A DNA stretch of 64,000 nucleotides from Azolla caroliniana (lineage: Eukaryota; Plantae; Polypodiophyta), in NCBI GenBank assembly GCA_043228905.1, contig JBHGNT010000016.1, forward strand, positions 15,748,001-15,812,000, read 5' to 3'. Both the position numbers and the translations under genes were made by a program. Shown one piece after another: positions 25,180-36,160 of the stretch (the first letter of the stretch is position 1; each line of letters starts with the position of its first letter). The notes under the pieces were generated by a model. That model searched no databases and had not been told where the DNA came from. It was given only the letters and a program-made list of their open reading frames with translations.

Positions 25180-28100
25180 TTGTCTTCTGTCGACAGACTT
25201 TAAGTCTATCCATAGGTAGGGTATTCGTGAGCATGTCAGATCCATTGTTATCCGTGTGGATCTTCACAAGTGTGAACTCTCCTTCTTCGACCTTCTCGCG
25301 CAACCAGTGATACCTTCTCTGTATGTGCTTGGTCCGGGAGTGATATGCAGCATTGTTGGCAAGATGTATGACACCCTAGTTGTCACAATGAAGTAAGAAC
25401 TCCCTCTGCTTCATCCCTAGCTCGTTGAGAAAATTTCTCATCCAAATTAGCTCTTTGTCGGCCTCTACCGCTGCCATATACTCTGCCTCTGTAGTCGACA
25501 AGGCTACAGACTCCCCCTCCATAGGTCATCACGTACCCTAACATGGATCGACTTGAGTCTACATCTCCCGACATGTCTAAGTTGGTAAAACCTTCCAGCA
25601 CAGGTTTTCTGACACCATACCCTAGACACACCCCTGAGGTGCCTTTTAAGTACCTAAGTATCCACTTCATCGTTGCCCAGTGTTCTCTTCCTAGATTACT
25701 CATATATCGGCTTACTGCTCCCACAACAAATGCTATGTTTGGTCTCGTACAAACCATAACATACATTAGACTGCCAACGACTGAGGCATATGGTACCTTC
25801 CTCATCTCGGCCTTCTCCTTTCCCCTTTCGGGCACTGCTTCACATTCAACCTGTAGTTTGTCGGCAACACCGAGCCGACTGGCTTTGCATCTGACATGTT
25901 GAACCTTTCTAGGAACTTCATCACATACCTTTGTTGTGACAACCATAGCACCTTTTGAGTTCTATCTTGAACTATGTGCATTCCTAAGATCTGTTTAGCC
26001 GGTCCAAGGTCTTTCATGGCAAACGACCTGCTTAGATCTTTCTTCAAGCTTCCGATCCTTTTTGTGTCTTGTCTGACTATCACCATGTCATCAACATATA
26101 ACAAGAGAATCAAGAAGTCTCCTTCTTCGTACCTTTTGACGAACACATAGTGATCGGGCTGTGTTTTCTGGAACCGGTGTTCCATCATGAAGGACTCAAA
26201 CTTCTTGTACCATTGGCGTGGAGCTTGTTTCAGACCGTACAAGCTTTTTTTCAGTCGACACATCAGGTTCTCTTTCCCTTTCTCCTCAAAGCCTTCGGGT
26301 TGCTGCATGTAGATTTCTTCTTCTAGCTCCCCGTGTAATAATGCGGTTTTGACATCCAACTGTTCGATCTCCAGGTCCATACTAGTCGCTATACTCAGAA
26401 CAGTTCAAATGGATGTCATCTTTACGATTGGTGCGAATATTTCGTCGAAGTTGACGCCCTTTTATTGTTCAAAACCCTTCACCACTATGCGGGCTTTATG
26501 CCTCGGCTCACTGTCGGCTTCTCCAGTCTTCACCTTGTAGACCCATTTATTCTTGAGTGCTCTCTTACCTTTCGGCAGCTCTACCAGGTCGTAGGTGTAA
26601 TTCTCTTGCAAGGATTCCAACTCATCTTGCATCGCGCTCAGCCATTTCACTCTGTGCTTGTCGACAATGGCTTCTTCATAGCACTCTGGTTCACCGTCAT
26701 CAGTCAAGAGGATGTATTGACTGGCATATGTTGTCGGTGCTTTCCTTTCTCTGAGTGGGTATCTCCTTCCACTCGTTGTTGGCTCTCTTTCGGATGTCTC
26801 TACGAACTCTTCTCTTCGCTCAGGTTCCTGCACGTCAATCGACATCTTCAGGTTGGACGACTCCAACTCATACTCTTCAATTGACCTTAGCAGCTCTGGC
26901 GACTTTGACTCACATTCGGTCGGTCTCTCCAAGTCGACCAACTCGGATTTGGTTGTGCCGACTAGTCGTCTCCGAACAATCGATGTTGTTGATTCACTTA
27001 ACCTTAGATTGATGATGGTCGGGTTTGACTGGGGAGTCTTATCCAACTTCTATTGCTTCCAGTCTTCAATCATCTTCAAGAAAGACTACATCCCGACTTC
27101 TCACTACCCTTCTTGTCGACCAGATGCCATAGCCTATAGCCAAACTCATCTTCCGAGTATCCCATGAATATGCATGCCTTCAACTTACTATCGAGCTTTG
27201 ACCTCTGAACCTTCGGTACATGCATATACCCCAAACATCTGAACACCCTCAGGTGTTGGTAGGAGACATCCTTCCTTGTCCACACTCTCTGTGGGACATC
27301 ACCCTTTAATGGTACTAAGGGAGACCTATTGATTAGATAAACAATTGTGTACATCGCCTCAACCCAATAGGATTTCGGCAGTTTCACATGAGAGAGCATG
27401 CTCCTTACCCTCTCCATGATTGTTCGATTCATCCTCTCTGCAAGCCCGTTCAACTCTGGGATCTTGGGCACTGTGTATTCAATCCGAATACCTTGGCACT
27501 TGCAGTATTCCTCGAATTGCCCTCTATACTCGCCACCGTTGTCGGTTCAAACAACCTTCAACTTCCGACCCAACTCTCTTTTGGCTCTTGCCTGGAACTC
27601 CCTAAAAAACGATAGTACTTCATCCTTCGACTTCAATACGAAGGCCCATGTCTTCCGACTATAGTCGTCAATGAACGTCACAAAGTACGGTCCACCTCGA
27701 TGCGATGGAGCATCCACATAGCACACGTCCGTGTGTACTAGTTCTAGTGGCACTTCTCTTCTCCTCGGTGGTCTTGTGTGGAATGCTGCTCTATTCTGCT
27801 TTCCGACTAAGCAGTTGACGCACTTCTCCAGGTGCACTCCCTTGACTTCTGGTAGAAGTTCTTGTCTGCTAGCAAGTGCATTCCCTTCTCACTCATGTGT
27901 CCTAGCCTCTTATGCCATATTTCTCTTGCCGAGTTAGCTGCCATATTTACTTCCGATTTGCATAGTCGGGCATGCATCATATATAATGTGCCTTCTTTCT
28001 ATGCTTGGGCCACTATAAGATTTCCTCGGCAGAAATTCCACTTGCCATTCCAAAAGCTACCACTATAGCCTTTGTCATCTAACCTTCCAATCGATATCAG

Positions 28101-29172
28101 ATTCAATCTGATATCGGGGACGTGTCGAACATCCTTCAGAGTCAGTCGACACCCTGTCGACGTCGTCAAGCGGACACTTCCAACTCCGGCTATCTTGCAC
28201 TCTCCACTATCACCCATTTTCACATAACCATGATCTCCGGCTATGTAAGTCGAGAAATACTCTCTCGACGGAGTTATGTGGAATGATGCCCCAGAATCGA
28301 TCACCCAAATGCATTCTTCACTTGCAAGATTTGCACTTGTCTGTTCACAAATGAACAACCGTTCTTCATTGCTCGTAGCAATGGCTGAAGTGTTCTTCTC
28401 ATTAGGAATCTTCCTGGGTTCGACATTGTTTCTGACACCCTTCTCTTTTCTCATGTGTTGGTAGTCCTTCTGGAAGTGTCCAAGTTTACCATAGTAAAAG
28501 CACACTAGCTTACCTCTGGACTTCGATCTGGCTTGGGACTTTTCTCTCCTTGGTGGACTTCTTTGCCGATTCCTTCCTCTGTTCGAATGTTGTGTTACAT
28601 TCGACTTCGATTGGGACATGACTCCCTTGTCCTTCCTCCTTGCCTCCTCATTTAGGATGCTTGTATTTACGGTTTGTAAAGACAAGTTCTCTTCTTGACA
28701 GGAGGTGCTGAGAGTGACCACCAGGTTCTCCCAGCTATCCGGTAGTGTGCACATCAGCAGGATGGCCTGCATCGCATCATCCAGGGGAAACTTGGTTGCA
28801 GCAAGTTGATTCCCATACCCCATGAATGTGCTGATGTGTTCGACGATGCTCTCACTGTCCCTCTATTTCAGCCGTACGATCTTTCTCATCAGTGAGGTTC
28901 TATTGAGCACGTTCTTCCTCTCATATAGACCCGACAACTTCTGCCACATCTCATGTGCATTTGTGTCATTCGCTATATGTTGCAAGTCACTTACGTTGAC
29001 GCATTGTTAGATGGTGGCCACTGCCTTTATGTTAAGAAGTTTCCAATCTGACTCCATTACCCCCCCGGGTATATCTGCTTTGTCAACTAGCTCGTACAGG
29101 TCTTTGACTATGAGAAGGTCCTCCATCTTTATCTTCCAGTCTGCATAGTTCTATGAGTTTAGAACTATCATG
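25180..29172 (-). pseudogene. Copia G gag-PR-INT-RT-RH, multiple stops and frameshifts
   Basis: WKIKMEDLL, TLPDSWENLV, WVIDSGASFH, LVHTDVC, NGLAERMNRT, QLDVKTALL, LYGLKQAPRQW, LLYVDDM, KHIQRRYHWLRE. Confidence 0.92.
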
Positions 29173-29826
29173 CCTAGCTAAAAAATCTTATACTAGCTAA
29201 AAAATTAGTGTGGTAAGGATTAAAAAACTATTGTATAATGTTAGTTGCTAAAAGTAGATTGTTGAGACTAACTTGAGTGTTTCAAGGAGCATGATCTCCC
29301 TTCTCTTACTGATTTGAATCTATACGTAATCACTTAGTAGAACAAAAGCTAGAGCTCCCTAAATACTTTGACTATCTTTGTTGTAACTTGTAAGTTGTAA
29401 TAATGCATCAAAGCTTTACTAGTAGATATCAATGTTCTCCTATGGTTCAAACTCTTGTTATGCGTTGGAACGCCACCTGCTTATATCATCACCACTACAC
29501 CAAACTTAACTAACTGGTATGGTCTAGACATGGTGAAACAGGTTAAGCCAAAACCGAACCGTTGCCGATTCCTAATCACCACCTGAGTGCATACAAACTC
29601 GGAGGCTCGAAGGTAGAAGAAATCCGACGTTGCCTTTCGAAAGCCAGGCAAAGCAAGAGTGGACACCGTAGGTAGCCACTACGAAATCGAGGTAGGGGTG
29701 CACAACAATTTCATTGTTGGATGTGCTGAGACACCGAGTCCCAGAATGAAGAACTTGGGGACCTCACAGTGTGAACTCAACCAATGTTCTTCTGATGCGA
29801 GGGAGCGCGTCGATCAGACACCGCTC

Positions 29827-29880
29827 CCATCACCATCACCATCACCATCACCATCACCATCACCATCACCATCGCCATCT
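29827..29880. repeat. (CCATCA)n hexamer microsatellite just upstream of the orphan-like gene
   Basis: Directly visible. Confidence 0.95.
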
Positions 29881-29903
29881 CCTTCGATTCTTCTCCTTCT
29901 TCT

Positions 29904-31998
29904 ATGATCATCAGAAGCCATAACAAGAATCTGCAGAATCGGATGCCATATTCTGGAAAGAGGGGAATCCGAACGCCATTGCGATCTTCGATCCCCATCT
30001 ACAACACCTCTACCACCACCACCACTACTACAGAAGACATGATCAGAGTTCATTGCCATGGCCATATCAATCATCCTCCCGCTGCTGCAGGAGCAGTAGC
30101 CAGTGATCGGCGCCATATCCGCGCCAAGCTTGACCATGACCCTGATCCTGGCCATTTCCGCCATAGCCGCAGACCTGTTTCTTCCGATGAGGTCCATCCT
30201 CATCATCACGCCCGCTCCATTCATGATGAGCATGGTGATGAAGAAAATGATGTGATTATTCCTCCTCGGCCACGCGCTCGACGAGACGAATTAGCGATGG
30301 AGAATAACTGCCTGAGCCGTGGATCACCTGCACGTTCTGCTGCAGCGATGGCGATGGAGAGCTCTACAATGGCCATATCTTCATCATCATCATCATCGTC
30401 GTCGTCGTCGTCGTCTGCGTATATGAACCATGCTGCTCATATTGCAGGTGCAGATCACTCCGGCAACACCTCTGCCTCGCCTTCCTCTGTTTCTGGGCAG
30501 ATCGAAGCAATCTCGCTTCGCTCCAATCGCAACTACAGTCAGATCATCAATGGCGATGGTAATCATCATCACCAGGTCCTGATGATGGGGAGGGAGAGCA
30601 GAGTTTCGTGGATGGAGAGGCTGAGAGCCATGAGGGAAGAGAGGCTCGCCTGGCCGGTGGCCTTCGTGCAGGGCCTTACCTCGCGGGAGCTCATGCAGCA
30701 GAGGAGGAGGCGGCAGGCGTTGGAATCATCAGGCGGAGCCACTAATCCAAGCCACACCCCATTATACGCTCAATCTCTGTAATACACCTCTTAATCACGC
30801 CATTAATTAGCGACTTAATCATCTAATTACGATTTGTAATCCACCCGTTAATCACGCCATTAATTAGCGGCGTAATCATCTAATTACGATTTGTAATCCA
30901 CCTCTTAATCACACCATTAATTAGCGTCTTAATCATCTAATTACAGATTTGTAATCCACCTCTTAATCACACCATTAATTAGTGGTTTAATCATCTAATT
31001 ACGATTTGCAATCCACCTCTTAATCACGCCATTAATTAGTGTCTTAATCATCTAATTAAAGATTTGCTCGTCGTATGAAATTCATCATTGCCTGCAGGCT
31101 CGCGGAGCAAAACCACCATGGAATGTATAGGAGGCCCATCCAATCTGCTGCCCTAGTGCCTGCTAATGGCGGCGCCATAGCTCACTACCTCTCCACTATG
31201 AGCTCGATCCTCTCGAGTATGGAAGTGTTCGCCAGGGCGCTGGAGGTGTCCACCGCCTCTGCAGAGCATTACGATCCATGGCCGTCTGTTGTTGGATCAG
31301 GATCGCCATCGCCATCGCCATCTCTGCAGTCAATTTCATCATTTGCTCATGCCACTCGACAATCTCACGGCAGGAGTAATTCCTTTGCAGATGATCGTGA
31401 GTCCAATCCCAATCAGAATGCCATGGATCAAGAATACCAGTATTACTCCAACAATCCCAATCAGAGCGCCATGGATCAAGAAGATCAGTATTACTCCAAC
31501 AATCCCAATCAGAGCGCCATGGATCAAGAAGACCAGTATTACTCGTCGATGATGCGAGGTTTGTTGGGCAAAATGGAGAGATTGATGGTGCAGTTACAAT
31601 CCATCAAGCCCATCAACATGATCAGAAAGCAAGCCTGCTGCAGCAATCTTGTGCATCCTGTAAGCAGCCATTATTATAAGACGATCAATCACCTTGACAT
31701 CCCTCGCCATCAGATAATAAAGAATCCTAGCAGCAGTATGATCTCTAACGCTCCTAGATTTAGCTACAGATATCCTAACAATCCACTGCATGATCATTAT
31801 GATCGAAATTCCATTACAGGGCCATTAATTGTATCGTCACCATCATTCCCAAATAATAATAACCATAATAATATCACATCTTATTCGAATTCTCCAACAC
31901 ATTCGACCTGTGAGGGAATGTCCAGCAAATTAATCCCTTCCACTAGTTGTAAATCTCGGAAGAGATTAGATGTAAGAAGACAGCCGGAACCGCGATAA
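29904..31998 (+). CDS. Putative 2-exon host gene, ~591-aa Ser/His/Asn-rich protein of unknown function
   Basis: Exons 29904-30778 and 31098-31998. Donor CT|GTAAT and acceptor TGCAG|G join the 292-aa and 307-aa ORFs in frame (..QSL-LAEQNHHG..). No recognisable domain. Start codon uncertain. Confidence 0.6.
30779..31066. repeat. Five copies of a 57-58-bp TAAT-rich minisatellite filling the intron
   Basis: GTAATCCACCTCTTAATCACGCCATTAATTAGCGTCTTAATCATCTAATTACGATTT at 30779, 30836, 30893, 30951 and 31008. Confidence 0.95.
31405..31545 (+). repeat. 48-bp coding tandem repeat x3 (NPNQSAMDQEDQYYSN)
   Basis: Units at 31405, 31453 and 31501. Confidence 0.95.
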
Positions 31999-32859
31999 TT
32001 AATTATTATGAGAGTCTTATAATAATGCTAAATTCCAATTGATCATTTTGGGAAGAGATTATGTTCTATGCCGATTGATAATGTGATAGATGTGATGGGT
32101 CATTAATTTCCTTATAATTAAAGCCATTACCGTATATATGGAATGTGAAAACGCTCGCGAGATCATATAAATTTTTCCCTTTGTTTGAGAAATGATTAAA
32201 ATTGACGAATAAATTAGAGTAACAAGAGATGAAAAGGTAAGAAATTCATGGTAGTTTTGGAAAAAAAAGAAATTCATGATAATGGCCTCCTCATCATCTC
32301 AATGGTACTATAATGCTTATGCTTGAGGAGTCTGCACTCATCTCACATTGTTGCCATGGATGCTTCCAATTGGTAGCCATTATACATATGTTTGGTCTAG
32401 TAAGAGGGTATATGTGGGAGTATAGTAATTAGAAGAAGAATATGTGACAAGACTTTGTATAAACTCAATAATAGAAGAATATAAGACAAGACTTTGTATA
32501 AACTTAGTGTGTTGATTCCATCAAAGTTCAACAAATGTACAATGATACAATAAGCAGGTAGCCCACCATTTCTTTTGGAATTAGATGGATCGTGCAAAAT
32601 CTCTTAATAGCTTTCAATTATTAATTAATTTCAACACTCCCCTAATTAAATAATCAAAACATCATACTCTTCTCTGCGAATTGGCAACGGTTCAATTCGG
32701 TTCGGTTTGAGGGTGTTGAACTCAAACCATTTAAAAAATTTGAAACTTAAACTGACCGTTAAAGAAAATCCAAACTCAAACCAAACTATTTTAGAGATTT
32801 TCAAATCATTAAACTGTTAGAACCGCAACTTTTTGTTTAGTTTCAGTTTCAAAGTTATG

Positions 32860-33116
32860 ATCCAGATCGATATCTGAAACCAAGAGCTGAATCGGTATCC
32901 GGAGCTGTGTGTAACCGGTAGGCCGTTAGAAGCCTACGATATTAGACTAGTAGATAGGCATATATTTTAGGAGTTTGTGTCAAAGCTCAGTTATGAGCAT
33001 TGAAGTACTTGTCAGTACTTTTGCCAATCCTTTTAAGGACTTGTATAAAAGTGCTCTTTGAGCACATTGTATGTACAGAGTCTTTGAGTATTTTTTGAAA
33101 TAGAATTTATTGTTTT
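32860..33116 (+). mobile_element. Partial older Copia LTR of the same family as 33117-33539, into which that element inserted
   Basis: Shares TGTCAAAGCTCA...AAGTACT...CTTGTATAAAAGTGCTC...GAGCAC...TGTATGTACAGAG with 33297-33403. Confidence 0.65.
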
Positions 33117-36100
33117 TGTTGAGAGACAAGCTCAACATCGGCCGGATCGGCTGAGCAAGCCGAGGACCGGATCGGTTAGGCCGGACCGGTGCGTAAAACG
33201 AATACGCAAACCGGTGCGTAACGAGAGGCCGTATTGGTGCGTAATCCGAAAGGCCGTTAGAGAGATATTCCTCGTAAGGAATAGTTTTGGGAGTAAGTGT
33301 CAAAGCTCATTTATGAGCAGTCAAGTACTGTCAGTACTTGTGTCAGCCCGATTGTCAGGGCTTGTATAAAAGGTGCTCATTGAGCACGGTGTATGTACAG
33401 AGAGTTAGTAATTTTGAATTGTGTTTTTTGCGTTCTCTCTTTGTCTCTCCCGTGTACTGTGTATAGTCAAGCTCTCCATTAACCTTGCGTATTTTCTATG
33501 TGTTTGGTTTTCTATTGCTTCCCCACATAATCTTTTACATGGTATCAGAGCGCGAGGGTTGAGAACCTCTGCAGCCGACATAGCTTGAAAGAAAAACCAA
33601 CCAAGAAGAACAGGCAAAACCGATGGATAGAGGCATGGCTAGCTCGCTTTCGACGGAGAAGCTTGACAGAAACAACTATGCGTCTTGGTCTTACAAGATG
33701 CACCCGTACCTGCTCGGACACGGTTACTGGAGCTATGTCGATGGTGCAAATGACACAGCACCCAATTCGACACACAAAGACTTCCCGGCGTGGGAACAAT
33801 CGGCGAGCAGAGTGCTGTACTGTTTCGCGTCTTGTGTGGGCGAACAACTATTAAGCTACGTTTGGGATACAAAAACGCCGAAGGGTGCATGGGAAAATAT
33901 GAAGAAGATCATCGCCATGAACACCACAGCTAGGAAGCTTCAGCTTCGACAGGAGTTGAGCAACCTACGACAACGCGATTTGTCGATGGCTGACTATACC
34001 TCGAAGATCAAGGACATATGCGACTCCTTAGCTTCCATCGATGTGAACATCGAGGAAATCGAGATGGTCTAGGTCTGTCTCGGGGGTTTGGCGTCAAAGT
34101 TCGGAGCGTTCCGAACTGCTATGTGTACATGGGAGAATACGCCGTCGTTTTTCAACTTACAGTCGATGCTCCTTATAGAGGAGAACCACGTGGGTGCGTC
34201 AACAAGCATGCATGCCGATAGCAAGATGCTGTACATGGATGGAGATAGGCCCCATGGTCGTGGCGGACGAGGCGAGTTGGTACGCAATGGAGGCGGCCAA
34301 CGGGATCAAGGAAGAAGGCACGGAAGTGATGCCGACAGCAATTCTGGACCCTCCGGAAACAGGGGGAGTCGAGGCGACGAGAACCGGCAAGGGAAATCCA
34401 CCGCGGAATGCTGGTATTGTGGCAAGAAAGGCCACAGGGAGAGTGAGTGCTGGAAAAAGCGCACTGAGTCGGAGAGGACCGGTTCCGAACATACCGACAA
34501 AGGAAACCGGCACCGTTCGCACTACGTCGAAGGATCCGGAAAAGCCGGAAAAGGGTTAGTCTTCGTGATGAGACACGAAGCAAACTCAATGAAGAAGATC
34601 ACCCCGAAGTCGGAGGAGGTGTGGTACGTCGACTCCGGCGCGTCAAACCACATGACGTGCCACGAGGAGTGGTTCTCATACCTTGAGAAAACGACGCAAC
34701 CAGGAGTAGTCGCAACCGGAGACGACACTCTGCATCCGATCGCAAATGTCAGTGAAGTTCCCTTGAGCCATGTCGGGCAGAAAGGGAAACTTATGAACGT
34801 GTTACATGTCCCGACCATCACGAAGAATCTGGTGTCGGTCGGGCAGATCGTCGACCAGGGGATGAAGGTTCGGTTTATGCACCTCGGGTGCTTCATTGAG
34901 GAAGAAGGCCATATTATTGCGCAAGGGCGAAGAGATGGGAGGATGTTCATCCTCGACTCTACTGACGGTGGCACTGCAATGTTCACAAAGGGACAAAAAG
35001 TCGAGTCGAACATCGACTTTCGGCAAAAACGGATAGGCCACGTCAACTATCAACGGCTTCAAGATCTGCAATCGAAACAAGTGGTGTTCGGATTGCCCAA
35101 ATTTAGTGGCCGGAAGGCACAAATTTGTGAAGCCTTCCAGCTTGGGAAGCAACACTGACTTCCATTCCCCAACGAGCGTAACCGGAGCTGGAACAAGCTC
35201 GACTTGATACACTCCGATGTGTGGGGGCCGGCACAAAACGTTAGTCTTGGCGGGAGTCGATACTTCATCTCCTTCATCGACGACTACACGCGGCACACGT
35301 GGATCTACCTCATTGAGAGGAAGAGCGAAGTCTTCGACTGTTTCCGGGACCTCAAAGGGTTCGTGGAAACGGAAACAGGAAGAAAGATCAAGTGCCTGCG
35401 ATCGGATGGGGGAAAAGAATACTTTTCCGGTCAATTCAATGGTTATCTACAACAGATGGGAATTCAGCGTGAATTCAGTTGTAGATACACACCGGAGCAA
35501 AACGACGTGGCCGAGAGGAAGAATCGGTCGATTGTGGAAGCGGCGCGGGCAATGCTAGAAGAAAAGAGCTTGCCCAAGTTCTATTGGGCTGAGGCAGTAC
35601 AAACCGCGGTATACATCCAGAATCAGATCGAAGAAAATGTGTCGGCGCACGAGCAGTATTTCGGAAGGAAGCCGAATCTACGACACTTGAGAGTTTGCAG
35701 TAGCATTGCGTATGTGCATGTACCGAAGGAGAAAAGGAGGAAGTTGGATGCGAAAGCCGAGAAGTGTATCTTGGTCGGTTACTCACACGAGTAGAAGGGT
35801 TATAAGTGTTATAACCCGTGCACCAAACAAGCGTGCGTGAGCTACGACGTTGTGTTTGATGAGTCTGCATCCTGGTACTTGCCTCTGACTCCGGATCTCA
35901 ACTCCAATCCGAGCTCTAAAGATGAGGTCAGTGAGACTGAGATGCCTCAGGATGAGCCGGAAATTGGGACCCGCGAAGAGAGTCCGATTTCGTTTCGGAT
36001 AAGTGGACCGAATGAACGACTGAGTCGGTACGACTAGTCCGATGAAGAGCCGGCGAGTAGTGGAGACTCGGCCGTGCATTCCCCGCGCAGGAAGCTGAGG

Positions 36101-36160
36101 AGACGGCTTACGTGCAAAGAGAAAGGGTAGAAGAAGGTGTCGGATTCTGGCATAGATAGG
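33117..36160 (+). mobile_element. Ty1/Copia element E1: 5' LTR 33117-33539, PBS-iMet 33540-33551, gag-PR-INT, truncated before RT
   Basis: TGTTG...TTACA LTR followed by TGGTATCAGAGC. gag KLDRNNYASW, CWYCGKKGHRESEC, WYVDSGASNHM, IHSDVWG, PEQNDVAERKNR. Confidence 0.92.

Larger units (their letters stand above)
13102..29177 (-). mobile_element. Ty1/Copia (Tork/Tnt1-like) element G, 5'-truncated; its 3' LTR (13102-13548 + 25049-25140) is split by an 11.5-kb Gypsy insertion
   Basis: The LTR halves are colinear with the intact family LTR at 49512-50113. PPT (CTCCCCCT on +) at ~25143-25150. Internal gag-pol at 25180-29172. Confidence 0.85.

Noticed and set aside
30779-31066. 57-bp repeat array as a CRISPR-like array
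   Set aside because: Units are head-to-tail with no unique spacers, the context is eukaryotic, and there are no cas-like ORFs.
32685-32850. AACCG/CGGTT-rich patch as a MITE
   Set aside because: Too degenerate to identify terminal inverted repeats or a TSD.
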